A stretch of 64,000 nucleotides of DNA from an uncultured delta proteobacterium (GTDB lineage Bacteria > Desulfobacterota > RBG-13-43-22): positions 1 through 64,000 of the forward strand of contig CAVQFQ010000007.1 of the NCBI GenBank assembly GCA_963711835.1, read 5' to 3'. The notes beneath the pieces were generated by a model. The model had not been told where the DNA came from. It made no database searches and was given only the letters and a program-made list of their open reading frames with translations. A program made the translations under genes and the position numbers. The stretch's first letter is position 1, and the number at the start of each line of letters is the position of its first letter. Positions 11,015 to 19,696 of the stretch are shown here, piece after piece.

Positions 11015-11872
11015 TCAGACCTCAATCACGGTGTAATGATCCTGGAGCAGTAAAAGCCTCTGAACCAGAGAGAGGTTCAGGGTATGACCGGATTTATGGG
11101 CGATAATATGCCCCAAGATGGGTTTCCCGACCAGGGAAAGATCTCCGATCAGATCAAGGATCTTATGGCGGACAAATTCATTTTCATAGCGGAGGCCTTC
11201 TTGATTGAGTATTCCGGATTTGTCAATCACGATGGCGTTTTCCAAGGACCCGCCTCTGGCTAAGCCGTTTTGCTTCAACTGCTCCACATCTTTCAGAAAA
11301 CCAAAGGTTCTGGCCGGACTGATCTCTTTAACAAAGGAGGAATCTTTCACCACGATGGTGTACGACTGGTTCTGCAGGAGGGGATGATCAAATTCGATCG
11401 TATAGGAGATTTTAAATTCCTCAGAAGGGAGAAGGTGAATGTGCTTGCTGCCCTCGGTAACCGTGATGGGTTTGGTGATTTTTAAATAGCTTTTGGGGTG
11501 CCGTTGGGCTTTTTTCCCGACTTCTTCCAATAATGAGGTAAAAGGTGCGGCGCTTCCGTCCATAATGGGAACTTCAGGGGAATCAATTTCAACCGAGGCA
11601 TTATCAATGCTCATACCGGCCAAGGCAGCCAAAAGATGTTCGACCGTGGATATCCGATACCCGTTATATCCCAAAGAGGTGGCCAGTTGGGTATCTACGA
11701 CCATGGAGTTCCTGGCTTCAATAACCGGTGTTCCGGGAAGATCAACCCGGATAAACCGAATGCCCTGATAGGGTTCGGCCGGTTTTAGGGTAAGGTTGAC
11801 CTCTTTTCCTGAGTGCAACCCGACCCCTTGGCAGGAAATCATAGTACTTATTGTCTGTTGAAACGAAACCAT
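11015..11872 (-). CDS. lpxC: UDP-3-O-acyl-N-acetylglucosamine deacetylase
   Basis: GVGLHSG, STVEHLLAAL, EVPIMDGSA, ARTFGF, RHKILDLIGDL and KSGH motifs. Confidence 0.97.
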   Translation of the reverse strand: MVSFQQTISTMISCQGVGLHSGKEVNLTLKPAEPYQGIRFIRVDLPGTPVIEARNSMVVDTQLATSLGYNGYRISTVEHLLAALAGMSIDNASVEIDSPEVPIMDGSAAPFTSLLEEVGKKAQRHPKSYLKITKPITVTEGSKHIHLLPSEEFKISYTIEFDHPLLQNQSYTIVVKDSSFVKEISPARTFGFLKDVEQLKQNGLARGGSLENAIVIDKSGILNQEGLRYENEFVRHKILDLIGDLSLVGKPILGHIIAHKSGHTLNLSLVQRLLLLQDHYTVIEV

Positions 11873-11903
11873 CCTCTCCTTTTCCTCTAAAGATTAGATT
11901 ACA

Positions 11904-11919
11904 AGCAATAAATATGCCA
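11904..11919 (-). promoter_or_regulatory. Sigma-54 (-24/-12) promoter of lpxC
   Basis: Minus strand reads TGGCAT-ATTTA-TTGCT about 30 nt upstream of the lpxC ATG. An AT-rich tract and TGTG-N10-CACA (12013-12030) lie further upstream. Confidence 0.75.
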
Positions 11920-12301
11920 ATAATTTGGCTAATCTTCTATATTTATAACTATCTAATAATATTAAAATTATTTTAAATAGGGCTTAATCGTCCCTCCCAA
12001 AATGGGCTTGACTGTGTTAAAAATACCACACCCGATCTTTTTCCTCTTCCATAAAAGGTGCCTGGGAGGCTCAAATTCCTCTTTGCAAAAAAGCCTTTTT
12101 ATGAGAAGGTCTTATACCTGCAAAAAGTCTATTCTTAGCATAGCCTTGGCCCTTTTTAACCATTTTTTCCGCTTGGCTTTGCTTGTTTCGCAAAATGTCA
12201 AAAAAGTCCTTGCAAATCCGCTGCCTGCCTGTGCGAGTCTGTTTTATACTAAAACAGGAACCAAAAGGCAAGGAGAAAAGGCCCTTTTTGGGAGTAACCA
12301 G

Positions 12302-13501
12302 ATGAAAAAACTCCTCGTTTTGATAGGGTTCCTATGTCTATTAAGCTTCCTTTTCGGGTGTTCAAGGCTGTTCCAGAAGCCCATGGAGGGCCCGGAGGCA
12401 CCGAGCTTCAGACTTGTTCCAACAGCGCAATGGCCTGTATTGGAGGATGATTCTGATTTTGAAAGCCTTCGAACATCCCTTTCGCAGAGCCTGGTCTTCT
12501 TGACTTCCCACCCGGCAGGGAAAAAGGTGCTCATCGGAACCAGGGAGGTTTCTTATCAGGAGGTCCTGTCAACGCTGAAACTTTTTTCGGAGATCCTGGA
12601 GAAAAATCCGGACCCGGTTTCGATAATCGACCAGGTTCGAATGCGGTTCCAATTATTTCAAATCGTGCTCGAAGATAACGCGGTGCCTCTTCTGATAACC
12701 GGGTATTATGAACCGACCTTGCGGGGCAGTCGATCCTTTTCCCCCGAATACCCTTATCCGATTTACAGGCAACCCGATGACCTGTTGGTTATTGAGCCAG
12801 GTAGGTTTTCAAAAAATTTTCAAGGGCAGAAATGGATAGGACGGTTGGCCGGGCGGCAGGTGTTTCCTTATTTCTCCCGGAGGGAGATCGATCGGGAAGG
12901 CTCCCTGAACAATAAGAATTTGGAGATCCTCTGGGTGGACGATCCCCTGAAACTCTTCTTTTTACATATCCAGGGATCGGGGCAGGTCAGGCTCGAGGAT
13001 GGTGCAATCGTCAAAGTCCAATATCAGGCCAGTAACGGCCAGGCCTATGTTCCTATCGGCCGGGAATTAATCAGGCGGGGGATCCTGAAGCCGGAGGAGA
13101 TCTCTCTCCAATCCATCTATGCCTATTTAAAGGAACACCCGGAACTGCAGGGGGAGATCATGGATTTGAACCCCAGCTATGTTTTTTTCCGCCAGGCGGA
13201 AAACGGTCCCTCTGGAAGCCTGGGGGTCCCGCTCACCCCGGGACGCTCCGTGGCCATGGACTTCAAATGGGCGCCCCCCGGCGGCCTGGCTTGGCTAAAA
13301 GGGGTTAAACCTGAGCTGGATGAAACAGGTCGGATCAGGCGCTGGGTTCCTATGAACCGCTGGGTTTGTATCCAGGATAGCGGAGGGGCTATCAAAGGCC
13401 CTAATCGATTGGATTTGTTCTGGGGGAATGGGGGTGAGGCCGAAATGGCAGCCGGCCATCTCCGCCATCCCGGTCTGATCTATTTCCTGTTAAAAAAATA
13501 A
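12302..13501 (+). CDS. mltA: Membrane-bound lytic murein transglycosylase A
   Basis: Lipoprotein-like signal (LFGC), ITGYYEP, FFLHIQGSG, NPSYVFF and QDSGGAIKGPNRLDLFWG motifs. Confidence 0.93.
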   Translation: MKKLLVLIGFLCLLSFLFGCSRLFQKPMEGPEAPSFRLVPTAQWPVLEDDSDFESLRTSLSQSLVFLTSHPAGKKVLIGTREVSYQEVLSTLKLFSEILEKNPDPVSIIDQVRMRFQLFQIVLEDNAVPLLITGYYEPTLRGSRSFSPEYPYPIYRQPDDLLVIEPGRFSKNFQGQKWIGRLAGRQVFPYFSRREIDREGSLNNKNLEILWVDDPLKLFFLHIQGSGQVRLEDGAIVKVQYQASNGQAYVPIGRELIRRGILKPEEISLQSIYAYLKEHPELQGEIMDLNPSYVFFRQAENGPSGSLGVPLTPGRSVAMDFKWAPPGGLAWLKGVKPELDETGRIRRWVPMNRWVCIQDSGGAIKGPNRLDLFWGNGGEAEMAAGHLRHPGLIYFLLKK

Positions 13502-13576
13502 AAAGATTTGGCTGCCGGCCTGCTGCCGAAAAACACAATTCGACTTTTAGCCGAGGTTAAGAGGGATGGAATCTAA

Positions 13577-14725
13577 TCAATGAAACAGGGTTCCGAACCG
13601 TTTGTGATAAAGGAGGTCCACGAAAGCCTCCAGGCGGGTCTGAAGCCCGGTCGGCCCGGTATGTTCATCATAAATCAAGGTTAAGACGGGCAGGTTAAAG
13701 TCGTGGCTGATTTTGGAAAGAACGGTCTGGGCAACCAGCTCGGGCATGCAGGTAAAGGGCATGATCTGAATGACGCCGTCATACTTTTTCCGGGCATAAT
13801 AAAGGGTCTTGCCGACCGACTTGATGCTTTCTCCACCGGCAGGAAATTCCATGTAATTCTTGGCCCATTTCCAGGCCAATTGAAACTGATTGCGCCTAAA
13901 GGGCTTAAAGCGAAAACGGTCGTTCAACCAGTCACTGAGCCAGACCGACTTGGAAAGATGAACCCCCATGCGGGAGAGTTTTTCCTCAATATTCATGTTG
14001 GTAAAAGGTTCCAGGAGCATAAAGATCTCGCCAACCAGACCCACCTGCAGCAGCTCCCGCCGGTCCTTAGAGATGCCTGAAAAAGAACGTCGGATTTTCA
14101 GCCAGGTCCGGAGCAGCCGGGGATAGGTCAGGCAGCGGTCAATGAGGCCGATGGCCTCTTTTAAAACCTGATCGGTTTTTCCCTTTTCCCGTTCCAGGGG
14201 TTTGATGGCCAGATATTTTTTCAGGGTCCAGTCGATGACCGCCAATTTTTCGAGGATAAAAAAGAAGAGGCGGTAGGCCTCCGGTTTGGATTGGATGCCG
14301 CTGATTTCTTTGATGGTTGCGATCATATCCTTAAGACTGTCTGGGTCGTCGGCCCTGGCCATACGAAAGGAAAAGCCCAATCTTTTTAAGATCAGTTCCT
14401 GGATGACCGAGTAGTATCCGAAGCGGCAGGGCCCAAAGCCTCCCGGCATCAGGATATCGGTCGCTCCCCGTTCCAGGGCCTGGATCATATTTCCTAAATT
14501 TAATTTAAAAGGCAAACAAGCAAATTCAGGTGAGTAGCGGGTGCCAAGCTGGAGGGCCTCCTGGTTGGGAGGCGGGGGAACGACCAGCTCCACTCCGTAG
14601 CTTTCCAGAACCCGGGCATAGCCGACATGGAGCAGCCCCATATGAGGAATCGTTAATTTCATTGAGGCTGAGGGCGGTGGAGGGAAAGGAAAGGTTTCAT
14701 ACCGTCCAGGAGGCAGGTGCCTCAT
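13577..14725 (-). CDS. CoA-activase-associated / 2-hydroxyacyl-CoA dehydratase-like reductase subunit (PlsR-like)
   Basis: SPEFACLPFK, GGFGPCRFGYY, VGLVGEIF, PFTCMPE and DEHTGPTGLQTRLEAFVDLL motifs. Start is 14725 (ATGA overlap) or 14662. Confidence 0.75.
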   Translation of the reverse strand: MRHLPPGRYETFPFPPPPSASMKLTIPHMGLLHVGYARVLESYGVELVVPPPPNQEALQLGTRYSPEFACLPFKLNLGNMIQALERGATDILMPGGFGPCRFGYYSVIQELILKRLGFSFRMARADDPDSLKDMIATIKEISGIQSKPEAYRLFFFILEKLAVIDWTLKKYLAIKPLEREKGKTDQVLKEAIGLIDRCLTYPRLLRTWLKIRRSFSGISKDRRELLQVGLVGEIFMLLEPFTNMNIEEKLSRMGVHLSKSVWLSDWLNDRFRFKPFRRNQFQLAWKWAKNYMEFPAGGESIKSVGKTLYYARKKYDGVIQIMPFTCMPELVAQTVLSKISHDFNLPVLTLIYDEHTGPTGLQTRLEAFVDLLYHKRFGTLFH

Positions 14726-15759
14726 CCTGCCGAGGGCCGGGCTTCCAGAACGTCATAGAAGGCCTCTAAGCGCGTCGTTAGGCCCACTTCGGAGCTATGT
14801 TCATCCAAGACCAAAGACAAAAAAGGCTTGCGGCTGTCCGTCTGGAGGTAGTGTTCGATCAGGTAAGAGGTAAAGGCATCCTGACCGCAGGCAAAGGAAG
14901 AGACATTAATGATGCCGTCAATCCGGGATTGTTGTCCGAATGACAGGGAAGCGCCTACCAGCTCCTTCCCTAAGCTCCAATACACTTTTTTAGGCAGGCG
15001 ATTGGAATAGGCGTCCAGCTCCTGAGGAGGGAGGGCCTGGTAACAATAGACCTCGGAGGAACGGCTGCTCAGTTTTTTTAATAAGTGATGGCTGAGAACC
15101 GGGTCAAAGAGAAGGTAAGGGCGGCCGATGACCCCGATCCGATAACGGCACTCCCTCCCTTCGGCAGGAAATAGATACCCGGCCATTTCTTCCGGGATTA
15201 ATTCTTTTGGAAGGCCGCGCCGCCCGGGCAGTCGTTTTTGAAAGTCATTCCAGCAGGCCAGGGCCTCTTGATAAGCGGCTTGCACACGAGGAACCTCCAG
15301 GGAAAGGCCCGCCGCAAGATTCAGAAAGGAATCGGCCAGAGAAAAACGGGCCGGCCCCTTGTAGTTGACCATGGGATCGATCAGGGGCGGAAGATCCGGA
15401 ATAAGATTCCGGACCATATCATTGATCCCCAGGATCTTCGGACAGAGGTAGGCCTCCTCTTCAATGCTGATCAGGCGCGGCAGGAACAGGGCTCCCACCC
15501 GGTCCTTTAACCAGAGAATATGGCCCAATAAGGTTTTAATGGGCAGGCAGAGATCGCTGCGGGTCAGGGATTTCCCCGCCTCCAGCAGGTCCGGGTTGGT
15601 GGTCGGTGAAACCAGAACAGGCCAGCCCAGATTTTCCCAAAAGGCCTGCCAGAGAGGGGCGAAATGATAATACATCATGCCCCGGGGAAGACCGATTGGT
15701 TGTCCGGGTTTTAAGGCATAGCGGGGGATCCGATCCCTGCGGGTCCAAAACCGCTTCAT
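14722..15759 (-). CDS. Acyl-CoA dehydratase activase-related protein (DUF2229-like)
   Basis: IGLPRGMMYY, DLCLPIK, YLCPKI, SFACGQD and DEHSSEVGLTTRLEAF motifs. Confidence 0.75.
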   Translation of the reverse strand: MKRFWTRRDRIPRYALKPGQPIGLPRGMMYYHFAPLWQAFWENLGWPVLVSPTTNPDLLEAGKSLTRSDLCLPIKTLLGHILWLKDRVGALFLPRLISIEEEAYLCPKILGINDMVRNLIPDLPPLIDPMVNYKGPARFSLADSFLNLAAGLSLEVPRVQAAYQEALACWNDFQKRLPGRRGLPKELIPEEMAGYLFPAEGRECRYRIGVIGRPYLLFDPVLSHHLLKKLSSRSSEVYCYQALPPQELDAYSNRLPKKVYWSLGKELVGASLSFGQQSRIDGIINVSSFACGQDAFTSYLIEHYLQTDSRKPFLSLVLDEHSSEVGLTTRLEAFYDVLEARPSAG

Positions 15760-17054
15760 CCCGAAAGGCCCTCGAAGCGAAAAATCTTTTTCCAGGCATT
15801 GCGCATGGAAAGATTCATGGGGACAAACAGGAAAAGGCTCCGGTTGAATTTGAACAACCGATTCACTACGGAAGGCAGGGAATAGATTTTTTTATAGGCT
15901 CCCAAAAAACGCTTTTCCAAAGCTTCCGGGGTCATCTGTTTGGGGCGAAAGACCACATGGTTCATGTCGTATTTTTCCCAGTTAAAATGGAGCAGGCGCT
16001 TTTCCTCCAAAAACCGATCAAAAATCCGCGTCCCCGGAAAGGGGGTCAGCAAAGAAAAAAGAACCGCATCCATTTTATTGTCCTGGCAAAAGTCCACTAC
16101 CTGATCGAAGCTATCCGGGGGGTCGTCGTCATGGCCGAAGATAAAGGAGCCCTGGATGCCGATGCCCTGGTCATGAAGGATCTGGATCGCCTCCCGGTAT
16201 TGATGCACCCGGTAAAAGGTCTTGCCCAGATTATTCAGGATGCTCTGAGATAAGGATTCAAAACCGACCAGGAGTCCCAGGCAGCCGCTCTCCCGGGCCA
16301 GGGTCAGCAGTCGCCGGTCACGGGTCAGATTCAGGGTGGCCTGACTGACCCAGCGCCGTTTTAAGGGTTTTAAGTTTTCAAATAGTTCCCGGGCATAAGT
16401 CCTGTTCCCGATAATATTATCATCGACAAAAAAGATCAAGTTGCCTTTTAAGGTTTTGATTTCTTCGATTACTTCACCCACGGGACGGAAGCGGTAGGTA
16501 CGACCGTAAAAAGAGGAAACCGAACAAAAATCGCAATCATTAGGACAACCTCGGGTAGTTTGAAGGGTATTTTGGAAGAGGTAGCTCCCTCTTTTTAATA
16601 ACTCCCGGCGGGGCAGGGGCAGGGAGGTCAAGGGGGCAAAGCGATCCCGGACATACCGCTTTTTAAGGGATCCGGCCCTAAAATCTTCAATAACCTCGGG
16701 CCAGAGGAGTTCTCCTTCTCCAACGACTACGGTATCGGCGTGTCGAGCGGCTTCTTCGGGAGCCATGGTGGCATGGACCCCCCCTATGACCACCGGGATT
16801 CCTTTTTCCCGAAACCGGTCGGCAATGGCATAGCCCCTGGGGGCCAAGGGGGTCATTAAAGAGACGGCCACCAGATCGGCAGGGAAATCAAAATCAACCG
16901 GGTCCACATTCTCATCAATAATTTTGACCTCGCAGGAGTCTGGCACTAAGGAAGCCAGCGTCGTCAGGGCCAGATAAGGAAACTTGATCCCAATGAGGCC
17001 CCAGAGGCTCCGGTCGGGCCACCTGGGCGTGATAATGAGAATAGTAGGGCTCAT
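15756..17054 (-). CDS. B12-binding domain radical SAM protein
   Basis: N-terminal cobalamin-binding-type segment (VVIGGVHAT, VVGEGE), RGCPNDCDFC CxxxCxxC motif, FFVDDN and TPFPGT. Confidence 0.9.
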   Translation of the reverse strand: MSPTILIITPRWPDRSLWGLIGIKFPYLALTTLASLVPDSCEVKIIDENVDPVDFDFPADLVAVSLMTPLAPRGYAIADRFREKGIPVVIGGVHATMAPEEAARHADTVVVGEGELLWPEVIEDFRAGSLKKRYVRDRFAPLTSLPLPRRELLKRGSYLFQNTLQTTRGCPNDCDFCSVSSFYGRTYRFRPVGEVIEEIKTLKGNLIFFVDDNIIGNRTYARELFENLKPLKRRWVSQATLNLTRDRRLLTLARESGCLGLLVGFESLSQSILNNLGKTFYRVHQYREAIQILHDQGIGIQGSFIFGHDDDPPDSFDQVVDFCQDNKMDAVLFSLLTPFPGTRIFDRFLEEKRLLHFNWEKYDMNHVVFRPKQMTPEALEKRFLGAYKKIYSLPSVVNRLFKFNRSLFLFVPMNLSMRNAWKKIFRFEGLSG

Positions 17055-17100
17055 GGTCGAGGGCTGTCTTTCATCTGGGGAAATTGGGGCAGCCGGGCGG

Positions 17101-17844
17101 TCAGGTCAATTTTCCGTAAGACCCGTTGAGTCCTTTCCGGATTTTTTCTTCCACCTGCTTCATTAATAGATCTATGGGCAGGGTGTCCGGGGTTTCTATG
17201 GGAGATTCGAAGATCAATTCGATCCTGCCCGGCATCAATCCCAGGGTGTTTTTGGGCAGCACAAAGCGGGAGCCGTTGATGGTAACCGGAAGAATGGGAA
17301 ATCCGGTTTTCCGGGCCAGAATAAAGCCCCCTTTCCTAAATTTTAACAGTCGGCCGTCTTCGCTCCGGCTGCCTTCCGGAAAAAAGATTACCGAGGTCCC
17401 TCCTCGAATTTTTGAGGCCGCCCGCTCGAGACTTTCCCGGACCTTATCCCCCCGGGTTCGATCTATGTAGATGTGACCCATTCGTTTCAGGGCATACCCG
17501 AAGACCGGCAGGCGTCGCAGGTCTTTTTTTATGATCCAGCGCACCTGGAGGGGAAGATGGGCAATGAGCGCCCAGACATCGAAAAGGCTTTGGTGATTGG
17601 ACATGACCACATAGGTTTTCCGGGGGTCCAGTTTTTCCTTCCCCCGAACCTGAACTCGGCATCCGGCGGCAACGATATTCAACCAGGACCAGAACTTTCC
17701 AATATAGTGAATCAGGTTCCCTCTGGGATCGAGCGGAGAAATCAAGATAATCAGGGATCCTAATAAAAAGGTGTTCATAATTAAAAAAAGCAGATAAAAA
17801 GGACGAACCAGGGGAAAGATAACATAATAGAAGATGATTTTCAT
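17101..17844 (-). CDS. plsC: 1-acyl-sn-glycerol-3-phosphate (lysophospholipid) acyltransferase
   Basis: SNHQSLFD (HX4D) and FFPEGSRS motifs. Confidence 0.9.
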   Translation of the reverse strand: MKIIFYYVIFPLVRPFYLLFLIMNTFLLGSLIILISPLDPRGNLIHYIGKFWSWLNIVAAGCRVQVRGKEKLDPRKTYVVMSNHQSLFDVWALIAHLPLQVRWIIKKDLRRLPVFGYALKRMGHIYIDRTRGDKVRESLERAASKIRGGTSVIFFPEGSRSEDGRLLKFRKGGFILARKTGFPILPVTINGSRFVLPKNTLGLMPGRIELIFESPIETPDTLPIDLLMKQVEEKIRKGLNGSYGKLT

Positions 17845-17915
17845 AAAGACCGCCAACCCCTACCCACACTTTTGCGCTATACGATAAAGAACTATTCGAG
17901 CCGGGTCAAGTAAAT

Positions 17916-18758
17916 ATGAACCTTTTTCCGTCCTGTCCCCTATGCCGAAGCGTCAGCCGGCGATTGATTTACCAAAAGGGAAGCTGGGCCTATTATTCCT
18001 GCTGTTCCTGCCGGATTGTTTTCCTGTTTCCCGGTCCCGCTCCTGCCGAACTGACCAGCGCCTACCAGGATTATCTGCCGGTCCAGGAGGCGGCTATCGA
18101 GCAATGGCATCGGGCCATGGAAGACGTCATTCAAAGCTCGGCCGATTTGATTGAAAAGGAGGCCGGAAAGCCGGGCCGCCTGCTGGATGTGGGCAGCGGA
18201 TATGGGTTTTTCCTGGACTGTATGAGTCGAAGAGGCTGGCAGGCTGAGGGCCTTGAGATTTCCGAATTCGGCCGGGCCTTTACCAGGAAACGATTCCCGG
18301 GGATCGACCTCCATGCACAGCCCTTGTCCCAGTGCGCCCTTCCGGATCGAAGCTATGATGTGGTGACCCTTTTTTATGTAATCGAGCACCTGCCCGATCC
18401 GGTCGGCTTTTTGAAGGAAGTAGGGCGGATCTTAAAACCGGGTGGATTGGTGCTGCTCCGCTGGCCTCATTCCACGCCCATTATCCGCCTGTTGGGTCCT
18501 TTAGCCCGAGGGTTGGATCTTTACCATACCCCCTACCATCTTTTTGATTATACCCGCTCTTTTTTGGAAAGAACCCTCCAAGAGGAAGGATTTTCTTCGG
18601 TAAAAACCTTAGTCCTTGGAAAGACCAGGCCGGCTTCTGTCCTGGGCAGGTGGTCTTCCCGGCTGATGGGAGGTTTGGGGGAGTTTTTGTCGCATTGGAC
18701 AAAAGGGCGCTGGTTATTACCCGGGGTTAGCAAAACCACCATAGCAAAAAGGCCCTAA
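17916..18758 (+). CDS. Class I SAM-dependent methyltransferase with N-terminal Cys-rich segment
   Basis: CPLC...CCSC, LLDVGSGYG, VIEHLPDP and LKPGG motifs. Confidence 0.85.
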   Translation: MNLFPSCPLCRSVSRRLIYQKGSWAYYSCCSCRIVFLFPGPAPAELTSAYQDYLPVQEAAIEQWHRAMEDVIQSSADLIEKEAGKPGRLLDVGSGYGFFLDCMSRRGWQAEGLEISEFGRAFTRKRFPGIDLHAQPLSQCALPDRSYDVVTLFYVIEHLPDPVGFLKEVGRILKPGGLVLLRWPHSTPIIRLLGPLARGLDLYHTPYHLFDYTRSFLERTLQEEGFSSVKTLVLGKTRPASVLGRWSSRLMGGLGEFLSHWTKGRWLLPGVSKTTIAKRP

Positions 18759-18784
18759 TCCCGGGTTGAGAAATAGGGCCTTTC
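18747..18784. terminator. Putative bidirectional intrinsic terminator
   Basis: AAAAGGCCCTA...TAGGGCCTTTT inverted repeat between convergent genes. Confidence 0.55.
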
Positions 18785-18889
18785 GAAAATCAACGGTCAG
18801 ACGCTCTGGGCTGCCGACTACTCCTTCACCTTTTTACCCCTGATGGCCATCCTTTATTTAGCAGTTCAGTCGGATTTCTTATGGCGACC

Positions 18890-19141
18890 TTATTTTTTCT
18901 TCGGCAGGGGTTTAATTTTTTTACCCTTCAAAAACAACTTTAAAGCCTCATCCACAACCTCCTTGAGGCCTTTTTCTTCCCAATAGCCGATGGCCTTCAC
19001 CTTGCTGTGGGTGGCTTCTCGAATCAACACAGTGGTTCGAATCCAATTTTCCGGCGCTTTTTGGGCCTTCATTGGTTTTGGGGCTGATTTGGGAAGAGCT
19101 TTGCTTTTCTTGGTTTTTCCTTTAAAAGGCGACGCTGTCAT
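18890..19141 (-). CDS. Small basic protein with Lys-rich N-terminus and RHH/ParG-like C-terminus
   Basis: RBS GGAG. WIRTTVLIREATHSKVKAIGYWEEKGLKEVVDEAL fits a strand-helix-helix pattern. Confidence 0.6.
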   Translation of the reverse strand: MTASPFKGKTKKSKALPKSAPKPMKAQKAPENWIRTTVLIREATHSKVKAIGYWEEKGLKEVVDEALKLFLKGKKIKPLPKKK

Positions 19142-19229
19142 TCTCCTGCTCCTGTAAGCATGGTTTGGGTAAGACTTTCCGGCTCGTTGCCTATCTTTTC
19201 AATCCGTAAGGCCCGGCACTTAAACCCGA

Positions 19230-19535
19230 CTATTTTTTCGGGGGTACTACCGCATCCTTAAAGGCTTTGGCAATCCGCACCTTAGTCACTGTTTTGGCCG
19301 GGATCTTGATCGGGTCGCCGGTTTGAGGATTGCGTCCAGTCCGGGCTTTTCGTTTGGAGAGGACTATTTTGCCGATGCCCGGGATGATGAAAGCCCCGTT
19401 TTTCTTGGTTTCGGCGACGGCCAAACGGGCCAGTTCATCCAAGAGTTCCTTGGAACTGTTTTTCGTTAAAGCAAACTTCTCGGCGAAATGGCTTACAAGT
19501 TGACTTTTGGTAATGGGTTTTTTTGCAGTAGCCAT
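19230..19535 (-). CDS. hup: HU family DNA-binding protein
   Basis: IPGIGK...RKARTGRNPQTGDPIKIPAK motif and strong RBS AGGAGG. Confidence 0.93.
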   Translation of the reverse strand: MATAKKPITKSQLVSHFAEKFALTKNSSKELLDELARLAVAETKKNGAFIIPGIGKIVLSKRKARTGRNPQTGDPIKIPAKTVTKVRIAKAFKDAVVPPKK

Positions 19536-19696
19536 AATAAATCCTCCTGATATTTTAGTAATATTTTTAACTGCCTGGATTTTTATAGTTCAAAAAAATA
19601 GGCCGGTCAAGAGAAAAAAATAAAAAAAGAGAAAAAGAGCGGCCAAGGGGGCCGCCGGGTGAAAACGGTTTTAAGGACCCGATCCGGCCGGAGCCG

